From positions 699,898,958-699,962,957 of the forward strand of contig NC_133617.1 of NCBI RefSeq assembly GCF_048593235.1: a stretch of DNA of 64,000 nt, in the 5' to 3' direction. The notes below the pieces were generated by a model, which saw only the letters and a program-made list of their open reading frames with translations, made no database searches and was not told the origin of the DNA. The translations under genes and the position numbers were made by a program. Shown here in pieces: positions 27,701 to 39,700 of the stretch. Each line of letters opens with the position of its first letter. Positions within the stretch are counted from its first letter, which is position 1. This DNA is from Sminthopsis crassicaudata. Its lineage: Eukaryota.

Positions 27701-30700
27701 TCAGCCTTGTCCCCCAGGCGGGGAATCCCTCCAGTCCTTTCCCCACTGCTTAGCATTGTTCTCCCCCCCGGCCTGCCAGAGTTGCCATTCCTAAATTGCC
27801 CTCCCACTTCATTTCCTGGGGTGATGAATCTTTCAATTTAAGCCTGGGCCAGCTCACATGCGACCATCCCACAATGAAACCGCCTCCATTCTGGTGTTTG
27901 ATTTTAGCTGGACCCCAGGTGGGCTGGTGCCTTCCTTACACGGGATGTGAGTAGCCGCCGTGGAAGTCAAAACCAGTAATAGCCTGGACACAGTCGATAC
28001 CCAGCTTTCGAGCAACTCGATGCAAGTTGGGCAGCTTCAGCTGGACACAGCCAATGGGCAACATGCTGGGCACGAAGAGGTAAACATTTCCAAATTCATT
28101 CCGAGGGACCTGCAGCAGACAAAGGACGATGCGCCGGCCCGAACAAGCTGATTTCCAGAGGACCGAGGCTCGCTCTCTCCTGCTGGGGAGGTGCGCTCTG
28201 CTCTTCCCCCCGGCACTTACCTTCCCATCCACTGCCACGGGCGGCTGGTACTCCTCTGTCTGCCAGTGGCCAAACAGACCCAGGTCGTCTTGGTCCCGGA
28301 ACTGGGGATCTGCCAGCCGAGCCTTCCGGGCACGATTGGAATACCCTTTTACCATCTGCACCAGAAGGAAAAGCAGCAGCTCAGGCAACAACTCAGATCT
28401 CGCAGAAAAAGCACCAACAATGAAGAACCTCTGCCCAAATCCCGTGGAAGCCCCTGAGGGACAAAACCTCTAGTTTTACTTGACGGAAGTCAGGGAGACG
28501 GTAAAAAAGGCTGAACAATTTGTTTAAAGGCAGAAGGTGCTGGTGGAAAATCAAAGGTTATTTTCCAGAGACTGACTAGCCAGCCCTCCTTTCCTGTTAA
28601 TCAGAATAAAAGGCAGAGAGTTGTGGCTTCAGAAGCAGATGTGGGAATAAGCCTGAAGTAAATGTCAGAGAATGAAATGATGGGGGAATGGTCTGGAAAG
28701 AGAGAGTCTGGAAGGCACAGAAAAGGGCTAGTTGCTTGTGGCCAGCTAGGGGCCAATGGACAGGAAGGTCTAAACAACGAAAGCACCTCCCCGGATGGAG
28801 CTGGGTCCCCTGGCTCCAGAGGAGAATGTGTGGAGCACAGCAGGGCACAGCAGCCGGCTGAGGCCCCGGCCCAGAGGGGCTACCCCAGACAGGGCCCACG
28901 GCCTCGGTCGCCTCCACTCACTCTCCCCATGTTAGCAGGGCCTACAGGTGAGCCGTTAGGGCTTCCTGGATGTGTGCTTCCCCTCCCCATCCTCCTCTCC
29001 CAATGTAAATGGCTGCCTTCTTCTGGGCCCCACTACCACAACCATCAGTGCTGCTAAAAATTCAGCCAAGGACTTCACTGGAACTATTTCACAGAGCTTC
29101 CTGGACATTCTGGCAAAGTGTATGAGAACGAACAATGGGCTAGGAATCAGAAGTCAGAAATTCTATTTTCTAGTTAGGTTTCTGTTATGAAATCAAGGTG
29201 ATAGTTTGCAAATCACTCAATTTCAAACCTCACTTTCTTCCTCTGTGACAGGGGCGGGTACATTTTTTTTTAAAGGTAAAACCTAGCATTTTATTTAGCC
29301 CTCTGTTAAAATACTTTAAGTAAGAATCAGACATATCTAACAAACCTTCAAAAATAGATCCTGAAAGGCATTTTCCGCTCAGGGCAGCGGCCCCGGACCA
29401 GGACTTTAAAAAAGCTGGCTTCTCTGACCCGCGCCAGCCCCGGCCAGCCACTCTGGCTCTGCCCACTAACACCCGCCCGACCCCTGTGTGGTGTAACACC
29501 GGGAAGCTGGAAACTTGTCAAAGGAATTCATGTGTCGAGGATGGTTTTTAAGAGCTCTGACGTTCTTTGATATGCTGGAAGACTCACCGAAGGACCATTT
29601 GCTGTCCGTAGACACACAAGCAGAAGAGCTCCACTCTTTCCCACGTTGACCCTGACCTAGATTTGGCCATTGTTTTCTGGCCCGAGAGTTTCTTAAATGA
29701 CACCCTGGTCCCTTCTCTAAACTTGCAGCCCTTTGTCTGCTCTTATTCCACAGGATGCCAAGTTTCACTCCCTTCTCACCGCCAGCCTCAGGCAAATCCC
29801 TTTCCCTCGGTCTCTCCACCCAAACCGTCGCCATCAAGCTGCCACTAGCCAGAGTCCAGTTACCTTGTAGGGGACTTCCCCGAGCCTGACCACTCGCGCT
29901 TGCTTCAACCAGGTATCCCTTGAGTGCAGGGTGTGGACACAGTCCCTAAAGACGATGCCCAGGGGGAGATAAATGTGACAAGTCAGTTATTCCTCAGCTA
30001 ACCAGAGACCTATATTTGTTCCTTACGTCCCCTGTTTTCTAAAACTACAGATGTTAATTCTAGAATAGGAGGAAGCTATCACCTTTGATATCTACCTATA
30101 GAAAGAGGGTGAAATTACCCCTTGGAGCGGGCTCTGAGCTTAAAGTAACCAAGTGTCAGGCAGAACAGCAGCGGATTCTGACTTCCTGTCCTGCGTGGCA
30201 GCCTCACGCTAAAGGCCCCTGGACCCGTTTTCTGTCTCAGCAGCCTCTGGATTTCCCTCCCCTTCCCCAGCTGTCTCATGTTCTGTCTTCAGGGGCCTCA
30301 CAACCACCGCCCACTCCGCACATACACACAACACTGTGTTAACAGTCGGGACTACTCCAAAGTGGCCACAGCATTCAACCCGCGTCCGTGCCTCGAAGGG
30401 CATGGTTTCTGCCCCCGTGAAGCACGCCATCCAGCTGAGGGAAAATGGCTTCCAAGCAGTAAAAAGCCAAACCATAGCGGACGGCGGGGCACACTCCTGG
30501 GTCTGACGCTAAGCCACAATCTTGAGAAGACACTCGGCAGAGACATATCAAGCTCATACTATGTACGGTACAATGAGCAACACGGGGTGAGACATGAAGA
30601 TAAATAACAGTCTCTTTCTCAACCAAGCCAAGGCATTAAAACCCCTATTTGCCAAGCACTGTGCTAAGCTCCTTACAAATATTATCTCATTTGAAAGGCA

Positions 30701-33700
30701 GCTCAACCCTCAAAATCTGCACACGTCCCTTACTAGCATGACTCTAGCTCCCAACTCTTTATAGTGAAGTATTTTTAATGGTGATGGATAATTAGGTGCT
30801 GGTCTAGCATGTCCCCGATAAAACATCTAACTTTTGTGGGACGTTCCTCTTCCAAAGACCCTCCCACTCACTTCCACTCACAAGGCTTCGCTCTTGCCCT
30901 CTTTCTCCTCACCAAACTTCTATTCTTCCAGCAATCATGTGACTCCCTCCCTCCCGTCCCCCCATTGACCACCTCTTTTACTCCCCAAGCCTCATGACTG
31001 AAGCTGTGCAGGACTTGGGGCCGCCAGCTCCTTGCTCACCAGCTGGAGTGATGTGCACACTGACAACGGTTCTCTTACCTAGAATACACAGCCTCCCCAC
31101 GACAGTACCCAAGGATGGCGGCGGTCTCTGGGTATATGGCCTCGTATTTCAGGAGATGTCTCTTCAAGGCATAAAGGGGGTGGTTCTTGTACATGCCTAT
31201 AGCAGTGGGCAAGGGCTGGCTCTCTAGCTTTGCCTGAAACTGCACAGGCCAAAGAAATGATGTTAAGATCTTGGTAAAAGTGAGTTTTATTTTTAAATAA
31301 AATCTGGACTCCTCCTGATTATCGTATGTTGGTTGCTGAGTGTTATTATGGATTAATGATCAAATTTGTTAATAATTTTACAATGATTTTAGCTTAGTTT
31401 TGTCCCCCTGATAGGTTTTCAACAAATATAAGATTCTAGGGTCAGATTGGACTTTGGGAAGGGATTCTCTGTGACTACACATGTTTACAACCATTCTGGG
31501 TGGACGGCTGATCATCACAAGTCTCCACTGGAAGAGAGGCACAACCCCCCCGCAAGCTAACAAAACACTTCTCTAACCTGAGCCTCTTCACTGAAACTAA
31601 GGAGTGCAGCTTCCAGCGTAATTCTCAGTAGAAACAGAAAAAGCAGCCACCCCGAACTAGTCAAAAGTTTTGCAAACTACCTGACCAGAGTTCCGTTAGC
31701 CTTCCTTCAAGGAGTCTAACTGCCAATCCCTTGCCTCTTTTTCCTGCCTTCCCTATTTCTCTGTGGGGAGGAGGCAATGGGTTCGGAGGCAGTTTTCAAA
31801 CAGTGGCCACCCAGAGAAGACTCTGAAGGTTTATTTAGAGCAGACCACGAATCACTGTATAGTTATAAGGAAAATGGTGTCAGAGCCACCTTGGCGCAAG
31901 CTCTCTCTCTTAGTGGAAAGACTGACCCGCGCACGTTAAAATCATGTTTTGACAGGCCTCGCTGACTGCCCATTTCTGCCACTCTGCAGCTCTCACTGTG
32001 TGAGGGGCCCCAGTATGTGAGCCGGGTGCACCCGGTGCCTTGTTTTCTCCCTTTCTTTCCTCCTTCCGACGCTCGCGAATCATCTAGCACGTGGAAGGCC
32101 GTGTTTTGGGACGAGGTCACTCCCTGCCTGACCTTCACATCCCAGCAATGCTGAGCTCCTTCCTTCCTGGGAGCTGAAAGTCCTGTGGGACGGGGCAGGT
32201 CCTCAGTCAGCCCCCCAAGCTCCTGGCACTCGATGATACCTGGGCCATATGAACACCACCAGCCGTGACAACGGCCCCAACAAGTGGCACTCGGGGTCCG
32301 CGGGCTTACCTCCAGCTCTTCTTTACTTTCCCTGGCCCCAGAAGGGCCCTGGTAGGGTCTCAAGGTCTCAGCCCACCACTCTGAATCTACTCGGCACTTG
32401 CGGGTAGCTGTCATCCAGGCTGGGTCATACCGCTGTGTGACATCCCGGGCACACCCATCATTGTCTATGCCAATGATGTAGCACAAGGGTTTGGTGGCAT
32501 ATTTATAACAGGCCAAGGGCTGGCCCACCACGCCATGGACACAATCTACGCATACCCACCTATCCTCCCCCTCACAGAACACTTCTAGCCACTGGTCCAC
32601 ACCAGCTGCCTTCCTGACTTCTTCTTCTTCTTCATCACTAGAAATGATCTTGCCTCTCTTGGTGCCCGGGCAGGCCTCAGGGGGTGCTGCCGGAAGGGGG
32701 GAGGCCGGACCGCCTCGTCCCTGACTCTTTGCTGGCGGGCCGCCCCCAGACGCTGGCCCTCTCCTCCGGGGCACCGGCGGCCTCCTCGTCCTCCGGGGGC
32801 CGGGCGGAGAATCTCCGTCAGAGGAGCGACTGTCGTCCTCGCTGGAGAGCTCCGTGTCGGAGCTGCTCCAGGCCCCGTCACTGCCGCTCTCCTCCCTGTA
32901 GGACACCTTTGACGTCCTCCGTCGCTCCCTGACGGGTCTCTGGGCTCCTTGCGTCTCCTCGCCCGGAGAGGCCTGGCCCTGTTTCTTCCTGCCCACGGCT
33001 GACTTTGCAGGCGCTGACTTTTTGCTCTCTGCTGCCCTCCTGGAAGAGGCTACGGCTTGTCCTGGGCTGGCCTTTGATTTGATTTGGCTCTGGATCTTTT
33101 GGCTGGGGGATTGAGAAGAACTTCTGGGATTCTTTAAGGAACTGTCCTGGGACTTTTTCTTGCCCTGGAACAGAGAAGCTGATTATATATTTTATTTTCC
33201 CCCCTCATTTTATGAGTACAAATTTATTTATTTAACATTTATAAAATCTATTACATATAAAGTCCAATAATAAGCATTAGGAAAAATACAAAAATAACAA
33301 GTCCCTGCCCTCAAGGAACCGTGCCAGAGATACGGGCGAGCGGCTGATTGGCAGGAAACCCAAGGAACCTGAGACGGATTTCAGTCGGTCTGACTGGTGC
33401 AAATGCACTGGCTGAAAACCGTAGCAAAGTCAACATGATCATTACAACTTTATTTGTCTCTTTGAGACAAAAGCCCTCTCATCTCCCTGGTCCCTCTTTA
33501 CTGTACTAACCGCCTCACAGAAAAAATCTTCTCTCTTGTGAAATTCTGGAAATGAAGTAGGAAACAGTAACAAAGCTCAGCGCCACAACCTCAACACAGA
33601 AAACTTGGCAGGTTCATCTGAGAACGTTAAAAATGTTTTATACAGTTCAGTGTCTGTCCCAGACTCATTCTTCGCCCTAACATTCTAGGAGAGGAGAGGA

Positions 33701-36700
33701 CTGTTATCATTTCGCAGCAGGGGGATCAGAGCATTGGGCAGTACCACGACACGTGCGGGCTCTTGACAACTTCAGGACGAAGCTAAGAACAGGACTCCGT
33801 TCTGTCTGTGGCCTCCACTTTCCAAACTAGTCCATGCAAGGTTTGGAAAGAGCTACATTATGGAACTCCAACTCTAAGGTGCTTTTGAAAAGAGTAAGAG
33901 AGAACAGATTCGCTCTTCTCCATCACAGCCCACCCCTTTGCTTGGGGCCCCAATAAAATCCCACCTTTGCAGCCAGCAATTTCAAAGGAATGGGCTGTAG
34001 AGACAACACCAGCCGGGTCAGAAGCTGCAGTGATCGTAGTATCAATAAAAAAATCTGTGAAAAAGAGAAGGACGCATAAAGCCTCATTACCTAAGCCAAA
34101 AGTTCGTTTCAGAAAATTCATGCAAAATTCCACCCAAATTCTCACACAATTTCTTTCAGCAAGAACTATAAAAATAAAGGTAAATATGCAAAGCAGTGAA
34201 GACTGGCATCAGTGTAATCAATTTCCCATTGAGTTATAATGGGCATTCAGTGAACAAAGATTAATTAAGAGCTAGTGCCAGCCCTGTGCTAAATATCTTC
34301 GGGGAAAGAGAAATAAAGAAGCATGTTCTACAAAAGTAATTCTTCAGTGGATAAACTGTCAAAAGAGAGGAATAAACAGTTTTTAGAAGCGAAATATAAG
34401 CCCTCAAATTGCAGAATCTCAGACTAGGAAGAGGCCATTTTAATCCGATGCATACTTAATGTCACTTTGTCTTTCATTTAATTCCCATCACGCTGTCTTG
34501 ATAATTCTTTCAACATGATACATTTGACCATGTTTGGGATTTTTATAACATTCATATACATGTCTTAATGTTCCTATGCGATCATAAGGTCCTGGAAAAG
34601 GTTGTGTTCAACTGTCTCCCCAGCAGTCTCTAGAACAGCGCCTTACGTCTGTTCACTTAATTAAAAAACCATGTGAGAACTGATCCAAATCACTATTATC
34701 GAGAGAACTATAAAGTTAAAAGAATTTCCCTCAGAAAACTGGCAAGGATAAGAAAGGTCAGGAAGTCAGCCCGGAGGGAGGACCTCTGGTAACAGTGTGT
34801 GGCGCGTCACAGATGTTTCTCTCAGAGGCAGCAGAGGAGGATTCAGAAGACCAGTGTGACAATGGGCAAGAGAATGAACCTTACTGGTCTCGGGTCTCTG
34901 ATCTGCCTCTGCCCTGCTACCACCCAGAGCGCTGAAAGAGAGACAGTGGGTATGGAAAGGCTATGAGGCTCTCAGGGGTTACTGTCACCAATCAACACTC
35001 ATTGAAAAGCTCCCCAAAACGGGCCAGTGGGCCCAAGGCTGAGAACCAAGAACGGACAGATCAGTGTCATGTCCCTGGCCTGGAGACCTTCAAACCAAGA
35101 AGCAAACTTGAGACGTTGCTCCGTGGGCCCAACCGGCGGCTCTCTGCTCAGGCCTGGCCTCCGTTTCTCTGCTCAGCGAGACAGGACAAAGGAGAACTCA
35201 AGCAGCGGAGGCTCCGTCTCCGAGGGGAACGGAAATGCCGTGATGCTCTTGGACGGGCCCGGCCGGCTGTCTGACGTGATGGGCTCCCTGCTCCATCTTT
35301 TCTAGCTTCAAAACCCCGGTCTATAACTTGTCCTCTGAGTACCCCCAGCTCTACATCCAAATGGTTAGAGGCACTTATTCAGAGAGAACACTGGTCTGCC
35401 TAGAGTCCAAGACTAAAACCAAGCGTGTGAACTAAACTGGGTATTTTCTCGGGATTTCTAAAATTACTGAATAATTAATGAAAAAGTTTCTAAATCACTT
35501 GCCCCTAAATTAATCCCCACATGGATTTAGTATTAAGAACTGAGTCTCTTACATGGACCAATTCTTCCTCATTTTGTGCTGAATAAATAGCAAACCGCCT
35601 TTCCAAGGTGGAACACAAGCTGTCTCGCTCATCTGTGGAAAGCTCTGCATTGACCGTGAACGTGGCGATGAACCTGGGAGGGAACAAAGCATGTAAGTGC
35701 TGCTGCCCATTCTGCGGACTTGGGAGTCACCTGGCTAGATGGCTGCTCTCTAGCTGAAGGGAAAGCCCCATCCCCCCACGCCCCCTGCCCTGGCTCAGGC
35801 TGTGCAGGAGGTGGGATGGAGGATCATACCATTTTACCAGTTTTGAAAGGTAAGACTCATCCACTTTATTAGGAAGCACTTTGGTGAAGTGAGCTGGGAC
35901 GATGGAGAGGCCGATGGCTTGGAGGTCTGGCTCGTTACAGACAGAATTCCGAAAGAAACCATTTGCTAGTAGGCAAAGCAGATGGACCTATGAAGCAGGG
36001 GGATAAGGACAGGAAAGGCAAGAAGGGGAAAACAACCAAAAACGCTTGAGCCAAAGCAAGTAGAGTTTTGAGATGTCAGACTGATGTCCCAATTTAGCTT
36101 GAATCGTGTCTGCCTATAATCTCTTACCTTTTTGGACCAGCCCCACAATCAGCATCTCCTCCCCTCATCCCTGCATTACAGACCAGAATCCCACTCAGTT
36201 TTCCTGCCTCCAATCTGTCCAGCAAGCTCGTTTTTCTAACATTGCTTCCCAGCCCTAGAACCTGTAAGAACTCTAGTGTCTTCTAGACCCAGCTCAAAGT
36301 CTTGCTTCAGAAATTTATACCCTATAAATTAGGGGCCTATACCTCCAATTTTATTTCTCAACTCATCCCAACTTGTTTCCAGGTCTGTCAAACTCACTCT
36401 ATCCCTAATGTCTGTCTCCTGCCTTTTGCCTGTCCACATCCTCCTCCTCCTCCTCAGGCCCGCAGCGATCTCATCCTCCTCTGATTCTGAGGGAGCAGAC
36501 CCCATTCTCCTTGGATTCAGTCCCTTGTGATCAGCCGTTTCTGAACATGAAGAGTACCCCGAGTGCTTGCTTTGTGAGGGCCAGAACGTGCCTTATTTCT
36601 CCTCCCCCCGGCACCAGACACACAGAATGTTTTTGGACCCGAGTGGACGCTGAGGCTCACACCTTATGTGTATCTTCACGGACTTCCTTATTGAAGCGTT

Positions 36701-39700
36701 TCATCATTCTCCGAAGGTATGTCTCAAACTCCGTCTGCCTTTTTTCTCTGCAGTGGGAATCCAAAGGGAAATGCTGAGCTCGGAAGGTCATGATTCACCA
36801 GCCCACTTCTCTGACTCAAGACAACAAATGCATGATCACTGTTCCTTATGTCACTGACTCTTCATTTCATCCGGACAAGTCTGATCCACTTTGGACCTAC
36901 TGTGTATGGCTTGCTTATTCTCACTGCTATACCTCTATCTGGCTCTTCTCCTCTTCCAAACTCCTTTCGAGTACAGCAGATCAGAATGCGTTAATCGCCA
37001 AGCATTTATTAAGCCCTACTATGTGCCAGGCATTTGGCCTTCTGATTAACCAACTTATCATCATTATTGCTTGACTTCCTGACCCTTCACACTTGATTAC
37101 ACATTTGAGGGACATTACATTCATTTACATGTATTTATATGCTCTTTTCTATGACCAATAATGTATAATGACCAATGACAGACAATCTGCTGAGGGTTTC
37201 ATGCCCCAGGTCACAGGGCTCTGTTGAGGAGTCCAACATTCCAAGGCCTGCTAGGGCCCGGGGTTGGATGGAAGAAAAGGAGAGCTCTCTCCTGACAGAA
37301 GCAGTGCCCGGAAGCCTGCAGGGCTGGGCCACAAGGGAGTGGTCAAAGACTCCTTCTCGGGCCCCTGGGTCACTTCGGGCATGGCTGGCCCGCCCCTTTT
37401 CCCTCCCGAGGCTTCCAAAGGCTGCAGCCTTACATGGCACACAAAGCAGAACAAGGTCTTACCTTCTCTCTCTTGCCTTTGCCTGCTCTGGCGTTTCAAT
37501 CTCTATCTCCACGGACTCGGTAGGCAGAGCTGATTTAAAGGAGGTTGCAGTTTCTCCCACTCCATCTGGTCCAGGCTCATTAAGTTCTACCAACAAAATG
37601 TGAACATCAGTCTGAAAAAAGTGCATTCAACAATGGAGAAGCAATGCTTGCGGTTTCAGAAGACGGGGCCCCCGAGTGCTGCCCCTTCTGAGACCAGCTG
37701 CTCTGTTATTGAGAGGGGTATCTGCGGTTCCTGAAGGCGAGTGGCGAGTATGCCATAGATGATGCCCATGAGGTGGCGAGGATGCGGCCAGTCTGACCCC
37801 TCGGTGCGTTCTCTACCTCCCACTGGCCGCTGGGTCTGTCAGTCACCAGGGCTTGACAACTTTTGCGGCTCAGTCATCAATAAGCATTTTTTAAGCCCGT
37901 GTGCCAGACACTGTGCCAAGCTCTGGGGACTCCAAGGGGGCAGAAAGCACACCCTGCTCTCAAGGAGCTCCCAACCTATGAGGGAGACCACAGGAGGGTA
38001 ACCAGAGGAAGCATACACAGCCACTAGGGGATGTTCAATACGAAGGCACCACTCTTCAGGAGGATGGGAAGGGCTTCCTGTAGAAGGTGGGATGGAATGA
38101 GGGAGGCCAGGGGCTGGGGAGGAGGAGGAAGGACAGCTTTGTTTGTGGACCAGCCAACAGGCCTGTGGCTCTGGACCAGAGGATGTGGTAGGGACTAAGG
38201 TATCAGAATAGACCAGAGGATGTGATGGGGACTAAGGTATCAGAAGACCAAAAGGTAGCTGGGTGATGAAAGGCTCCAAATGTCAAACAGAGCACTCTGT
38301 GGGTGCTCCTAGAGGGGATAGGGGACCCCCAAGGAGGGTGTGATCCCAAAACAGCAGGACAGAACCTGTCCATCCAAGTTATCTAAAATCCTCGACAAAG
38401 TGGCCATGCGATTTCACTTCTTGGCCCAGCAAGGAAAGGACGAAGGTTCTGAGGCACCGAACAGTAGCTGGAGGCAACCCTGAACAAGACAATCTGCCAC
38501 TTTGTAAGATCTCTAGAAAGCTGAGCATGGATGTTGAGTCTCCTCAATAAGTATCCATCCTGGTCTAGGATTTGTGAGAAACACAGGTAGGATGTGGTCC
38601 TGGTCTCTAGGAAGCTTGCAGCTGGCCCTGAGGGGGATGGCATTTAATTAAGCACATGGATGGGGTGGGTGGCCTGTGGGAATCCCTGGAGCAAGGAGAG
38701 CCTGGGACTGAGTCACTGGAGCCCCAGGGACCTCTTGGCTAAGGGGCTGATCTCACCATTCAGAACACCTGGATGAGTTAGGTATAAGAGAGGATGCTTT
38801 CTGACAAGCCCAATGAGAGAGGGACAGACATTTATTCACAAGAAAACAACAGGGCTATAATAGAGACTGCAAGCCTGAAAAAAAAGGAACGATTCAAGAG
38901 GCAGGTCATGTTGGCACCAGAGAGCCTTACCTTCAACCTCCTCCCAGTCCTCTTCGCTTTCATCTTCATCATTTTCCTCACTGCTGTCTTTTTTAACTGA
39001 TGGTTCTACCTTTAGTGGGATCTCCTTCTTTGGAACACTTGCAAAGTTCCTACAAATATCACAGGAAGGAACATGCAAAAGGCTTAAATATCTGTTATTT
39101 CAGTGTTTCCCTTATCAAATTTAAGAGGAAGAAATGATGACCCTTTAACAAGTTGTCATTAACAGTTCAGGCCTATTTCTTTCTTTTTTATAACTTTTTT
39201 TTTTTTGACAGCACATATGCATGGGTAATTTTTTACATTATCCCTTGCACTCACTTCAGTTCCAACTTTTTCCTTCCTTCCCTCCACCCCCTCCCTTAGA
39301 TGGCAGGCAGTCCCATACATGTTAAATGTGTTATAGTATATCCTAGGTACAATATATATGTACAGAACTGAATTTCTTGTTGCACAGGAAGAATTGGATT
39401 CAGAAGGTAAAAATAACCTGGGAAGAAAGACAAAAATGCTCACAGTTTACACTCATTTCCCAGTGTTCCTTCTCTGGATGTAGCTGATTCTGTCCATCAT
39501 TAATCAATTGGAATTGGATTAGCTCTTCTCTATGTTGAAGATATCCACTTCCATCAGAATACATCTTCATACAGTATCATTGTTGAAGTGTATAGTGATC
39601 TCCTAGTTCTGCTCATTTCCCTCAGCATCAGTTCATTAAGTCTCTCCAAGCTTCTCTGTATTTATCCTGCTGGCCATTTCTTACAGAGCAATGATATTCC

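Noticed and set aside
36122-36170. Strong decoy donor AAG|GTAAGA in XPC intron 5 (possible poison exon)
   Set aside because: Acceptor ambiguous, sits in L2-like sequence; such decoys are common.
38383-38643. 86-aa ORF in XPC sense between exons 3 and 4
   Set aside because: Exons 3 and 4 already join in frame; no XPC similarity and no clear donor.
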